DNA of 64,000 nucleotides. Origin: Trichoplax sp. H2 (lineage: Eukaryota). A program made the position numbers and the translations under genes. Below the pieces are notes generated by a model. That model saw only the letters and a program-made list of their open reading frames with translations. It had not been told where the DNA came from and did no database searches. This document shows, piece after piece, positions 14,601 through 30,862 of this stretch. The stretch spans positions 124,001 through 188,000 of the forward strand of contig NOWV01000131.1 in the NCBI GenBank assembly GCA_003344405.1, written 5' to 3'. Each line of letters begins with the position of its first letter. The stretch's first letter is position 1.

Positions 14601-14850
14601 ATTATTTATGTACTGGTATATTTCTTATTTTAGAGATGTCAGAGTAACTGCTATAAAAATTTTATTTCTAGCTTGAATAATAGTAGTATAATAGTAAATT
14701 AATTTTTTACCTAATCTTATACAGTTTGTAAGAGAAAAGATAGTAGAAATGCCTGATTACGAATATGAAGAATGGTTACGATCCATTTTACCTATGAAAA
14801 AGCCCAGAGCTGAATCTGATCCAACAAGTACGAACAAAAGTGACTCGTAG
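5604..14850 (+). CDS. CCDC60: CCDC60-like protein with three internal PH-Btk (Tec-homology) modules; about 28 coding exons
   Basis: Phase-compatible exon chain starting at ATG 5604. N-terminal exons: 5594-5888, 5978-6049, 6139-6203, 6350-6419 (SKIKLGHGLFQIIKDE), 6585-6728, ~6914-7040, 7581-7760 (VRPFSPYYS), 7855-7959 (IFRQLCVIQWLLEA...ISACW), 8027-8138. Then 12 PH/Btk exons in 8310-12449 and exons 12650-13161, 13331-13449, 13681-13818, 14004-14141, 14263-14353 (WYINLVNTLPE), 14488-14586 (LSGLRHWEICSPDISAAIE) and 14725-14850 (FVREKIVEMPDYEYEEWL, TAG). The flanking motifs match CCDC60 as I recall it. Confidence 0.75.
8310..12449 (+). repeat. Three tandemly duplicated 4-exon PH + Btk zinc-motif modules
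   Basis: Module 1: 8310-8480, 8627-8719, 9215-9296, 9414-9545. Module 2: 9716-9852, ~10045-10140, 10323-10404, 10559-10687. Module 3: 10982-11121, 11285-11371, 11698-11779, 12318-12449. Each encodes K(E/K)GWxxKRSR...ANYRxR, ...FQ, ...R(E/D)xWxxA(I/L)R and (F/Y)HPG...WxCC...GC..AFDY, with identical internal intron positions. Confidence 0.9.
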
Positions 14851-16639
14851 AAATGACTTCGTAAATTTTCACCGATCAAAGGAAAAACCTATATCAACAT
14901 CATATTCATATTATTTCATATCGTAAGGATTATTGATGTAAATGATAGTGTAACATCATACCCCGTTAATAGATGAAGATGTATACTTGTATATTAAACG
15001 CTATATCTACTGCGCATCAATTCTAAAATTGGTTATTAGAGACGACATTGATCTTCCTGATTTCATTTAGGAATAACAGTTCGTATTAATATACAGATAT
15101 GATTATATATTGATGATCTTCTTCAGGCCAATTTTTATTTATATCTCACTCTAAAGTTCATAATTTATTTAAGATACAAGTCGAATAATATTCAAATACT
15201 CCTCTTAATCTTACGTAATTGATTGTATTCGTTGAAAATGTTTACTAAGGATAATTTTTTATATCACTTTTATACGAGATTAATGCATATTAACCATGTT
15301 CATATTACAATAATTGAGTTAAGAATAGGAAAATTGTCATTTTTAAATAATAACCTGTCATGAACTTTGCTCACCGTACGTGTCTTAAAACTGACAGTAT
15401 CCGGCCATTATTGTCATGACGCTGGGATATCAAAGATAATCATATTGCATTAATCTGATTCATATTTTATGTATATATATGAGCATAATTTTTTTATTCT
15501 ATTGATCTATGGTATCAATAATCCATTATATTTGCATTTTATGTAAAAAATTTTCATCAAATATTAGCACAATCATACAAGTAATTTATAATATCTAAAA
15601 TTATTTTAAAGACAAATTTTGAAGCTATTCAAATACAAATAAAAAGGACGCATTTAAGAAGTATATTTACTCAATTGATTCAGTTACTTAAAAATTGATT
15701 TTAAACCCTGGGGTTAAATAGTTCACAATCGATAGTAAACTCGATACATTACAATTATCGTACACGATATGAGAATAGTCGCTGATAGACGATTATAAGA
15801 TTTAGAGAGATTATCTGTCCTGAATACCTGAAAAGCGATTTTACGAATAATGATAAATTAATGATTGCGTATCGTTTCAATTTATAATATTACTTTCTAA
15901 ATTCGTGCCTCATGCTCTAAGAGATACCGTAGCTATTTGGATATCAGCAATGAGAAGGACTAATGAAAATTTAACTGTAAATTAATGATAATACTTTCCA
16001 GATCCTTAATCAATGCTAAAGACAGTACCTTACCTAATTTACGTACGATATTTACTTACATGAAAGATTACTAATAGAGTACCAGCTTACTAGATTCATA
16101 TCATAAAATGTAGCAGAGTTAAGGATTACCGACAGATACCCTAAACATAATCAAATCTATGGATTAAGGTGATTATTACTGTTAAACACCTTTGATGATA
16201 TAATTACGAAAGAATTTCGCTAAACCTACTCTATAAACGTTTTAGTATACTGTATATATTTAGATAAAAATCATGTTTATTTTAAGTTTGATCTTATTGA
16301 TGAGCTTCTAAACCATAAAACGTAGATAGTATCTTACGAAAATATTGGCTTGACCTTAAAAACACATAAGTATCAGTAGATTAAGTGTAATTCGTACACG
16401 TATATACAACACCCGGTAGCAAAAACAGAATAAATTGCCGGAGATCAAGTTTGATATTAAACTGTAATTTAGATAGATTTAATACTATAAATTTTCTGTA
16501 AGCCTATGATATAATCGATAACAGAATTTACTGTAGCTGATCATATACAGGAGATTGTTGAGGTACTTGATGTTAAAATGCTGTACTGTAAAATATAGAA
16601 AAAATTCGATAATAAGGACAACAGTCTGACATTGTAAAA

Positions 16640-19600
16640 CTACTTATTTCGTTTTATCAATCCCAGTTCAACAGCTTTTAGTAAACCACGTTCAGCGTTG
16701 GCTACAATTTCTTTTTTATTTATATCAGTTTCTTGCGAAAGAACCATTAAAACTTCCAAGAGCTTGCTTTCTACAACCTAAACGACAAATTTACAGCATT
16801 TTACAATGCGAACATCGAACAATTTTTACTCATAAATCTGGTCATACTAACTTCGCTAGCTATTGCTTTGTTCGCTTCAATTAGGTTTGCAACAATGTAT
16901 ATTCCCCTGCAAAGAAAGATATTAAAGTGTATTGGTAAGAATGACTGGATAAAGCCAAGCTAGTTACTTCTACAAATACTAAAATTTGCAGCCTTACCTG
17001 TGCTGTAATTCTAATTTTTCAGAAAGTAATAGTTCTTGCATGATTTCTAGCCAAGGTTTGACCTAGATGAGTGTATGGGGGAAAATACGCTTAAAATTAT
17101 CAAAAATTTTATTCTAAAGACGCTAAATCAAGCTTATATTCATTAACATACCTGGATAATCTGCTTGCAAATATTTTCATTGGACGACAGGATTGCCAAT
17201 GTACCACTTGCAGCTCTAACGTGTACATATAAAGATTACGTTATCCATGAGAGTAATTTACTGTAGCAGATACAGACATAAGAAGCTAATAATGCAATAA
17301 ATGTCTATTCATTACAGTCATGTTTATAAGTTAACAGGCATAGCAAGATAATTTACTGTACCTAGCTAATTCAAAATCAGATTCGCCACTATACAAAGTC
17401 AGCAGCTTAACGCGATCTGTTTTATCGTTTAAGTATTTTTCTGCAGCCTATATGCGACATGCATAAGGAGTCATTAAGGGCTAAATCTTAAATCTAACGG
17501 TGGGAAAACGAATTTAAGTCGTTTGACAAGTAAATATACTTCTTCGCAATTGACTAGGTTACACATAGCCTCTGTAGCCGCTCTCTTTATAAGTTCGTGA
17601 TCGTCAAACATCAACTGTTCAATACTCGTAAATCCCTTTTCCGCCATAATTTTTCTCCTAAAGGAAACATACAAATACAACATCGTCGGTATCATACTTT
17701 TGCAGCATTTCTCTCAGCTATACCATTATATTTTACCATTTGCATTCATTAAAACCCATGCAAAAGTTTACGATTAAATCTTCAGGTTTATTCAATATCA
17801 AAATTATTAGATCTAAACTACGCAAACAGTATTACTGACGGCGGTAATTCTATACACAAGTGTTACCTAACAGTGTCATTGACTTGAGCTAGATTAGTCA
17901 AAGCCATTAAAGCTTCAAATTGTTGTATTCCCTTAAATATAAAAAATATGTAACGATCAGAAATATTTCATTGAATGAAAGGTAAGCTACATCAACAGTT
18001 AGATTACAGGATTAAACTTACAGAATCTGAAGAAAGTAATCCAATTAAAGGGCGGACAGTTTCTAATATCTAATTTATCAAATTTAGCCAGGGCATAAAC
18101 ATCATTAAAAGACGGAATTATTATACTATGCAATAAGTAAAAGAAATTACGAAAATTTTCCTTGTGAATACTAGCTAAATTAAAATGCTTGAAATTGATC
18201 AATGTTACTGACTCTTTGCCCAGAGAATGCTAATTCAGGATTAATTGAAATTCCTATCTTTGCGATCGCCTGAGTTGCCAATGACTTTCCTTTATCTGTG
18301 CCACTTAAAGCTAGTGAGCACAAAATCTGTTAAAAAGTATGCGAATACATGATCAACAGATGCCAAGATAATCTAAGGATATAAATTGATTTACCTTTGT
18401 CCCACCTTGCTGTACAATAACACCTCGGTGTTTAGGCTCAGTGGATAAGGCTAAAAATACTCTATTCCCGTAAATAGTAAAATGCATAAGTAATAATTTA
18501 GCTACAAATACAAGAGATTTAATAATTTGATCGATAGTATAAAAGAGACCTGTTTAAAACATTAATATTATACATATAATCTCTTACAATCACTAAAAGC
18601 GAATTGTAATGACATAGCGTTACTGTGTAACGACTAATTTCATTAGCTAACCTTGCCAGTTTTTCTTTACAGTTATCAGACTTTTCATCTAATCCCAGGT
18701 TGACTAAAGTCACTACGACATCGTTCTAACATAAGAAAAGTAGCACAGTAAATGAATACTTATGACAAGTACTTTGATAGCCAGTGAGGTTTTGCGCATG
18801 GCTTTTCTACCTTTATCATGGTTAGGATTCTTTTTTCGACATATTTTTCACTATCCTAAAATTAAATAGGAAAAGTAATTCATAAATAATTGTGTAATTG
18901 GATTAGGAAAAATTGACGACTCTACCATAAAACTATAATTACCTTTTCGTGAACTTTCGGAATTTTATATTGAGCAAATTTAGCAAGCTCTTCAAGTTCA
19001 AGATTTTTTTCCGGTTTATCATAACTATTGGTAACATTTACTAATGTTGAAGCAATTCCAAATGTTACTGCCATATCTTTAGTCTAGTTAGAAAGTATTT
19101 AAAATATCATAAACCACCATTAAATGAGGTGTCGTAATTGCTTGAACAAAGGACGTTATACAGTGAAATTGAATGTTTTATTACTCTATATACATTCAAA
19201 TTCATAATGATAAATTGGATAACCTTAGCCATATTGAATAGAATCTTTAAAGCTTCTGTATCGGAGACCAAAGCATCCTAAAACCGATATCAGATGACAA
19301 GTATTATTGCAAGTCCTATTGGAATAGCAACGTGATTTTTTGACTATTGATGTTACAGTACCTTAGCGTCAGCATCCAGAGTAATTAGGGCCAATGCTTC
19401 TATAGACCATTTCTTTAGATCCGAACTCCTTTCTCCCCCCACTAGATAACTAAGTTACAATAGGTTTATGAATGTAAAATTCACTTTTCGTCATAGCAAT
19501 CAGTTATTTGACTGACCTTCTAATAATAGAATACAATTCCAGTACGGATTCTTCCGGAAGCCAATCCTTTACTTCGCTGGCGTCAACAAGACCTATTTTA

Positions 19601-22600
19601 CATAAACCCTGTGGTAGTAAAGTAAATAAGATTTAGTGGAAGTAATATTTTATAACATATAATATCAACGTTCTTCTAACAGCATAGCAGATATTGGTTG
19701 AGGAACTAACCACTAGAGCCCGAATGCGTATTTTTCTGTTTTTCATCTCATAAAACACTTTCATCAACGGAAAGATCTAATCATTATAATAACATGATTT
19801 GTTACAGGTGAATGAATAATAAAGCAATATTTTATAAAGATTATCATACCTGCGATCTAATTTCCAGGCATTTATTCTTATCGGAACATATATGAGTGAA
19901 AACTTCGGTAGCGGCGCACTAAATAAGAGTCCCAATAAAATGATATGAGTGAACAATAATGTCCAGTATAAATGTAATTTTGACTTTAGCTATTGTCATG
20001 GCATGTAGTAAAAACGTCCGATATAATATAGCTTGATTAGAGAATTTTTATGCAGTAATGCATAAATAGATCTCATACAGTATTTTCATAAAGAAGTTAC
20101 GTAGTATTACTTTCGCAGCCAAGTCCTTCGACGCAATTAATTCAAACAATTTCTGAAGGATACTGTCTGTGTACGCAATTTCGATTCCAACCTCACTAAC
20201 TCCCTAGGATTATATTAATAATTTAGCCAGAATTATCCTAAAACTCTTGTTTTCATATAGATTCAACTACGTTGAATTAATTTTGTGCCTCTTACAACAA
20301 GGAGTGCAGATAGAGCGATGACCCCTCCAATATTCATATCAATATCGTTGCTATATTGCATATGCTCTCTAGTTGTTATAATTATATCGATAAAATCACA
20401 ACGTCATAATTCATAGAGGTCAATTGTTCTGTTAGAAATAATTGTAGTAATTTTCCTTACCTAATAAAAATTTCACATTGCCTTCGAAAAATTAAGCGGC
20501 TTTGGTCATTTCTATGAGAAAGTTTGTTTTAATAAATTGCTAATATTAAATATTACTTAGAATTGTGTCATTAGTTTGTCGACTTTGATTCGTAATATTA
20601 TTTAAGTTATCTGAATAATTCCAGTACTGTGACAATGAATTGATAACTCGTTTATTAATTTAATAAAATTTTTGGTTAGTTAATAGCAGAACTTGAGAAA
20701 TTAAAATTGTTTCTTCTTACCGGAGCGATTTATACAACTGGAATAAAGCTACTGATACATGCATTTGACATTCAGATGTTGTATTTTCATTTTGATCTTT
20801 GGAAGCACTAGTGTCAATCATAAAATATGGAGCAGAGTCTGCTGCGACTTTTAAGAGTTTGCTTAGTCCTAATAAAGATTTGAATTTTAAGAAATGCTAC
20901 TCAGTTTGCCATTAAATATAGGTTATACAAGCAATAATCCATGAAGCAGTAATTTATAAAATAATATGCATGCGCTACTTAATTTTTTGGAGGGGATAAA
21001 AAATCGAAAAGTCCCTATAATATGATACCTTTGCATTCGATGAACGTTTTCGTCATGCCAGCTTCGGGAATTGCATATACCACAACATTAATAGCAGCGC
21101 TTCTACCACTGATAGTAATGCTATAAAATGATAAAATATTTTGAGGTTAAAGTAATAGATTTCCTGAGTTGAATAGTTAATGCTTTTACCTTTGATTCGT
21201 CATTGCATGAATTAGCAAGTCAAGTAACTCATCAATGTCCACTTTGTTATCTTTTTTATAGAAGGATTAAGAATTCTTTTATATACACTTTCATGGATAA
21301 ATGTTATAATGAAATGATTACGAGTACAGTATTTGTGATAGTATAGTATACCTATTACAATAGCTTCATTGGGAATCTTTGCCGGATTGTCGTCGCAGCC
21401 GGTTAATGTAGTCAGAGCAGTTTGTAGGAATAAAGCGATTGATTGGCACAAATCTTCTTCTGGCTGCAAGAGTAATTGTTTTTATTATGAAATATAATAA
21501 ATATTTTTAATAAATTACTTGGTATAGTCCCATAATAGAGGCGATTGAGATTATTCGATCTAAAGGATTACATATACGAGTATCTAGACTCAAAAACTGA
21601 TGGTCTGGTAATCCCTACCGACGATAACATCGTGAGCAATCTTGATTTAGTCATTTCCTTGAGAGTAACAGACATCTACACCATCGATTGATTACAAAAG
21701 GAACGAATTAGCGTCGATAACATCAGATGGTATAAGAAATAATAGCATTGAAGCAAATTTACCCTATTTCGATGACCTTGACAAATGCGTATAAAAAGTT
21801 TAACAATGGAAGATTTTACTTCTTCTGTTTCGCTATCTAGTGATGATAGCAGTTTCCAAGTTGCTTCTATTAGAGGAAGAAACAAATTGTTAGTATAGAG
21901 TAGGAAAAACTTAATAGATTCGCCTGAATTTAGATATCATTTTACTGTAAGCTACAAAATGACTTTATAGATAGTTTATTGTAACCTTCTCGAAATATGA
22001 ATTCAGAACCAGCTGCTTCCTTGGCTACTACGCGTAAATTATTAAGAGCCTATTAGGAAAGTTAACTGTAAGTCAATAATTAATTCATTTTAAATAAAAC
22101 ATGATTTTAGAATTTGGTTCTTAAATTAAAATAATATCCTACCTTCATCTTTTGGTCATTGGTACTAGAAGAGTTCAGAACTACTGATAGCATTTGTTGT
22201 ACCTTCGTGCTGGTTTTACCTAAAGCTTGGGACTATGCATACAAGACCATAATTAGCTTTACGATCATTGAAACTATTCTAATGATCACTAAAATTGTTA
22301 TTTTTCTTAAAATTCTTTCAAACGGAGTTCTATGCTCTTGTAATAGCTTAAGAATAGCATTTTTAACGTAGATTTAATTTTGTGTTTATATCTATTCAAG
22401 GTGATAGCTAACTTTGTGAAGTTATCATGTAGTTTACGTGAATGATTTCAATCTGAATTCATCATGACATAGTATTACAATACAATCGGTCGAAAAAATA
22501 TGATGCAGTGGTAGAACTAGTTTATACTTACTTGTGAAGTCATTTGTATATTAAGTTGGCGTAGCATATCTATCACAGCTTGATTCTAATTTTAGTGGCA

Positions 22601-23711
22601 GTTTCAAACATTAATCTTTTAGTTGGATAGAAGAAATCAATGTATTCGCACGATACTGTGAAGAGCAACACGTTATTGATATGCTGTAATATGCTTTATC
22701 TGATAAACGAACTTTTGAGTCTAATTTGTTGAGCTTTCTTGCTTCTTGATACGCTTCCTTTAATTGACCTAATTTTTGGAAAGCTTGGCAACGACGGAAT
22801 AGAGCTTTTGTATCGCTAGGAGTAATGGCCAATGCTGCAATAGATATTAGTAGAATAGCGATGAAAGAATTTAATTTATACAAATTGTAGTGAGGTATGC
22901 AATATTATCGTTACCCTGAGATTATTACTTATTGGATTAAAAAAGACGTGATTGATAATAAATTATATGAAATTGACTCCTATTATCGAGATAGGGTTTA
23001 GCTATATTGGTGTAGTTTTTCAGTTCTAGAAACATCCGTGAGAGAGAGTAGAGGTTACGGTACTATACTACTGTATATATTTGTTAGGTGAAATTACTGG
23101 TAAGCATATCATTTTACTGTACTGTGACACACACACTTGATTATACTATAAATTTCTTTTAAGAAGTCCAAGTTGATCAAATCAAACCGGCTGATGTAAG
23201 TTTATTTATATTTCGGTAAACGGAATACTTACAGGCATTGCAATCCGTTATTGCATCTTGATATTGGTTCTAGAGTGTTATAGAAAGAACTGATTTTAAA
23301 ACCTTTCTTCTTGATTCATGATATAAATATATATAGATATAATATGCGGAAAAATTGATTTAAAATTCAATCTTATACAATGATACGTATAGCTTTTCAA
23401 TGTTGATCGTTTTATTATCGATCATTTATAAGTATTGCATACAAGTATTCTTTCACTATCGTATTCTATACAAAAATAGCTGATACTATCCATAGTGTAG
23501 GAGTGGAACTGACCAATTTTAAATAGCAAGCAGCACGATTTTTATAATAAATGCTTGCATCAGTCGACTGCTTGTGTTGGCATAGCGTTAAGGCTTTGGT
23601 ATAACATCGAGCAGCTGAGGTATAATCCTGTTGAGTAAAATATTGATTGCCTTTGTCTTTGGCTGTATGATCATCTGCAAAGTCGAAATCTTCTTCATTT
23701 CCCATATTCAT
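16640..23711 (-). CDS. UNC45: UNC-45 myosin chaperone (TPR + central + UCS domains), many exons
   Basis: N-terminal TPRs (KDKGNQYF...YKNRAACYLKL; KALFRRCQAFQKLG). UCS motifs include RGVIVQQGG, QQFEALMALTNLA, MFDDHELIKRAATEAMCNLV and RVKLLTLYSGE. Stop at 16640-16642. Confidence 0.92.
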
Positions 23712-24144
23712 ATAGCTACATTGAATAGCATACCAACATCAGTTTCATAAACAGTAGCAAATCACTCTTGGCCTCCTTTATTTTCTCGCTCGTCTTACCT
23801 CAGTGATTTCAACTTGTGCACTGCTTACAGGTTGTAAACGATGTTGGCCAACCCACTTCAAAACTAGCCTCGCCCTAGTCTAGCAAGATTTACTCGGGGC
23901 GAAAAAATGATCAAGAAGGAAAAGAAAGAGTTTTTGTTGGTTGACTTTCTATTTGCACTTTACGAATGATTGAGCAATGATCAAGTAGGTAGGAATGGCC
24001 AAGATTCAATTTTGAATTCATTGAAACGCAACCATGGAGATGGCTGCATTTATTGCAGAGCAAAGTGAGCTTTTACAATACGTTTTGCAAGAAGCACAGT
24101 ACAGTACTGTACAGTACTGTACAATATACTGTAGCACTGCACTG

Positions 24145-24653
24145 TAATGGCCAATGAAAGTGCAATAAAGAAAATTGACCATGCACAAACCTAGTCTAAA
24201 AGCTGTTAAAACCTCAAAATTATAGCACTTCTTATTTCGTATCCACAGAAAGAAGTCTCCTATTTTTAAGCTTTATTCTCCTGCTTATACGATATATGAA
24301 GCTCTTTAACAGGCTACGGAGTGGGTTATTAAGCTGTTACAAATTTTTCAATTCGTCAGAGCACGCTCTTAAGTCGACTGATGATTTTTTCAACGGACGC
24401 CATCATTTTTTTTCGGTCGAATTCTGATGCTCACTCGAATGTTCTCTTTTTAAAATATTCATTTACGGCCAGTAAAGCTTAATTAGAAATAAAACATTTA
24501 AATATAGAAATTTTGGATTTTTTCTACGCATTTTAGGGAATTTTTAACCCTGTTTAAGTAACTCAAATTGAATTCTACATATTCAAAAATGAAGTTGATT
24601 TGACCGTAAAAATGGCCGTACAAAAGCCTTTATTGCACTTCCATTGGCCATTA
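24145..24653. mobile_element. Putative MITE / non-autonomous DNA transposon with 26-bp TIRs (including terminal TA)
   Basis: TAATGGCCAATGAAAGTGCAATAAAG (24145-24170) is the reverse complement of CTTTATTGCACTTCCATTGGCCATTA (24628-24653) with one mismatch. TA sits at both ends and the interior is non-coding. Confidence 0.75.
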
Positions 24654-24679
24654 GTGAAAGTGGATAGTGCACTAAAATG

Positions 24680-25165
24680 CAGTGCAGTACTGCACCGTAC
24701 TGTACTGTATAATGAGTGTACATGCTGTTACTGAGTATGCGTATTACTGTACGGCACTGTACAGTGTACAGTGTACAGTGTGCAGGTACGCTCTGGTGCA
24801 TTACACTCTGGTGCATTACAGTACAGTTCAGTCCTGACACAGTCCGATGACCGTGAAGTACTGTAGTAGTCAACCTGCACAATTTTGGGCAATGAACTCT
24901 TGAGCAGTTGCTCTCTCCTTCATAGGTTAGACATGATGTCGGTGACAGAAAAGTCTCAATCAATACTGTTGTATTGTCGCTCAAAATTGCAGTCATTTCA
25001 GACTGGCATGAATGTCATATTGCATGTGCGCTTCGCCTTGAAGATTGAGTGTGCACTGTACTGTACACTGTACACTCAGTATACTGTACTGTACTGTACA
25101 ATGCTACAGTACTATGTACTGTCCCAGCAAATTCCTTCGTGAGTTCGATGTACTGTACTGTACCT
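24680..25165. repeat. TACAG/TACTG/TACACTG-type low-complexity array in the UNC45-LSM6 divergent promoter
   Basis: Dense GTACTGTACTGTA and TACAGTGTACAGTG units; a similar run lies at 24097-24144 on the other side of the MITE. Confidence 0.8.
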
Positions 25166-25378
25166 CCGTAAGCGCCATACTGCTGCAGTCTACGGTAATG
25201 AGAGATTGAGACTAGCAAGTCGAAATACACTACGGTTTGCGCGTACCTTCAGCTGGCTCATACTTGGAAGTACTTGGAAGTTGGAAACTCCATCGAGGCT
25301 AACATTTTAACTAAAACAGCGTTAATTTACTGCCAGCCATCGCCGATTATTTTGAAGGATAAAATAAAGGTCAAGAAA

Positions 25379-26609
25379 ATGAGTAAGAAACAGACACCAA
25401 GTGAATTTTTAAAGAATGTGATTGGCAGGCCAGTGGTCGTCAAGCTCAACTCCGGAGTAGATTACAGAGGTAATGAAGTAGAAATCATCCATTTAGGTCG
25501 AACTGTATGTAGCACATTAAGCGAGTACCAAGATACAAGATTGAGCAACCCAATCGATCGATTTTATAATCTTAATCGAGATTGACTACCTGTCTTTGGC
25601 TCTAAAAATTTGAAAGTAATAACAACAGTCGATACTCAGTCAATATACAATAGAAATGCATACTCTATCATAGTTGGATAGACTTGGTTTCATTACTTTG
25701 AACCCAAAAATCCTCCATGATTCCTATAGTATTCTACCTGATACACAGAATACCACGAAATTGAATATACGATTGTACATTGTACAATGCACAGTGTATG
25801 ATATCACGTAATTACTTTATACTAAGCCTTAGCTTTGCTAAATTTATTCACTGTCTGCCCTATCTCTAGTAGTAGTCATTCAATATGTTAAAAACTATTT
25901 TATCATGGATCGATTGGAAGACAGGCTGCTGCAAATGCCTATCAATGCAGTACTACCAGCTTTTGATGCTATTATCCATACTCTTAACGTGAAACTTGAT
26001 GGAATACGATTAGATATCAACTCATTCATAATTAATATTGCAATCAAACATTTTAGGGATTTTGACTTGCCTTGATGGTTACATGAATATCGCTTTGGAA
26101 CAAACCGAGGAATATATTAATGGACAAGTATGTGGTATTGGTAATCCTTTGTTGTTCAAATCACTCATTTCTTATACTGTATGAAACACATACAACGTGT
26201 CGTAATATTATATAAATAATATATAGAGTTAGTTTATACTTGCTTTTGGTTACTGGTTACCATGATAAGTACTCTAGGTGTTGTAAGACAACTGTATAAT
26301 CATTAAATTTCTGTATTTCATGGCGTACAGGCATTTCAACTTACAAATAGACTTTCCTAGTATCATGCTTACATGATGTGATAATGGTTTATGCTATCGT
26401 AAGCTGTTATTATTAACTTGTATTATTTTTCTTTTAGCTAAAAAACAAGTATGGTGATGCATTCATTAGAGGCAATAATGGTAAGCTAATCTCTACAAGT
26501 TATTCTTTTGCTAGGGTATAACGTAATGTAGTCATTGACTCATGACATAAACACTCTTTTCTGAATTTTTCTAGTTTTTTATATAAGCACACAGAAAAGA
26601 CGACTTTAA
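25379..26609 (+). CDS. LSM6: U6 snRNA-associated Sm-like protein LSm6
   Basis: Exons 25379-25469, 26057-26127, 26438-26480 and 26575-26609 give MSKKQTPSEFLKNVIGRPVVVKLNSGVDYRGILTCLDGYMNIALEQTEEYINGQLKNKYGDAFIRGNNVFYISTQKRRL*. Confidence 0.97.
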
Positions 26610-27440
26610 ACCTTCTAGAGACTTACCTTCCAGTGTTAGAAGGTGTTTGATCCAGGCAAAGATTGAATTTCCTTCTTAATGTTATATAGCATTTTATACA
26701 GTATATTATTTTGTAGCATAAATTCATCATTATGAAGATCCTATTTCCTTTTGAAAGTCGTTGTCGAAGTTCATTCTGAACTTGAAGTTGTACACTTGTC
26801 ATTATTATTCTTTGTGCCTGTAAACTGTCGGATCATTTTCCTAAATTGCTGTACTTAAATTAAAAACGTTTACATAAAGTACTAATTTAATGAATTATAC
26901 GATATTATTTGTGGTACTTGACATTGCGACGAATATTTATCGTATTAGATAAAATCTTGCCATAAAGGATTGATTTTCTGAAGCGTGAGTAGTATTATCC
27001 ATTTATTTACTGTTGCACGTACGTACAATTGCGTCAAATAATGCCTCTTTAGATAACGATTTTGACATTCAAGAACAAAGTCGTTAATGGCATACGTACA
27101 TTCCTGGACTATGTGTACTATAAAATTCATTCATTGCAAATGTCCTCAGTCGTAGTAGGACCAATTTTATTTATTACGATCAATATTGTATTAGCTCTCG
27201 TGCTGGGACACAGCAGATAACAGCCTTAGAAATAGAATATTACAAAGAACAGTATTTTTACTCGACAACCGAATGGCAATGTTTTATACTTAACTTCCCT
27301 AATAAACTAGGTACAGTTTTCACGCAAATAAAGTCAAATACAAGAATTAATCATTAGCAGAGTTGTATTTAAGAATCATACTTGAGTATAACATCTGCCA
27401 TTTGTTGCCGAAATTACAATATCAACTTGATAGGAAAACT

Positions 27441-30318
<2,878 letters not shown>

Positions 30319-30451
30319 GATTATGTTACAGTAAGAACGATTAATAAGGAAAGATTTGAGTGTAAGCTGGAAAAATGGTGATTGGAAAAGATTTTATGGG
30401 ATTTTAAACGAGCGCTTTCTCACTGATTTCTATTCTGTTGGAGATGGAGTA

Positions 30452-30862
30452 ACAGTATAGTACTGTACTGCACAGTACTTTCAGCCCATCGTACAGTACA
30501 GTACGTACAGTCACTACTGTACACTGTACACTGTAGCCAGGAATGCTTTGTCATACTGTAGTCATGGTACAGTGTCCAGTGTACAGTTTACAGTACTATC
30601 ACGTACTGTACATTGTAGCCATCAATGCTTTGTTTGTCATACAGTACAGTACTGTACTGTACAGTACACTGTACCGTACAGTGTACAGTACAGTTTACAG
30701 CACTATTACGTACAGTACTGTACAGTGTACAGTACTGTACGTACTGTACTGTACACCGTAGACATCAATGCGTTGTGTTTTACCATACTGTAGTTGTGGT
30801 ACAGTGTACAGTGTACAGTGTACAGTACGATGACCCTACTGTACTGTACACTGTACAGTACG
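30452..30862. repeat. TACAG/TACTG array built on three degenerate tandem units, PSMD14-NOL6 divergent promoter
   Basis: Near-continuous TACAGTA/TACTGTA/TACAGTGTA units, interrupted by three related anchors GTAG(C/A)CA..AATGC(T/G)TTG...CATAC at about 30533, 30615 and 30758. Confidence 0.8.

Noticed and set aside
17448-17539. Possible U12-type intron in UNC45 (GTATATTT donor, CTCCTTAT branch-like sequence)
   Set aside because: The donor does not match RTATCCTT; a normal U2 intron is the simpler reading.
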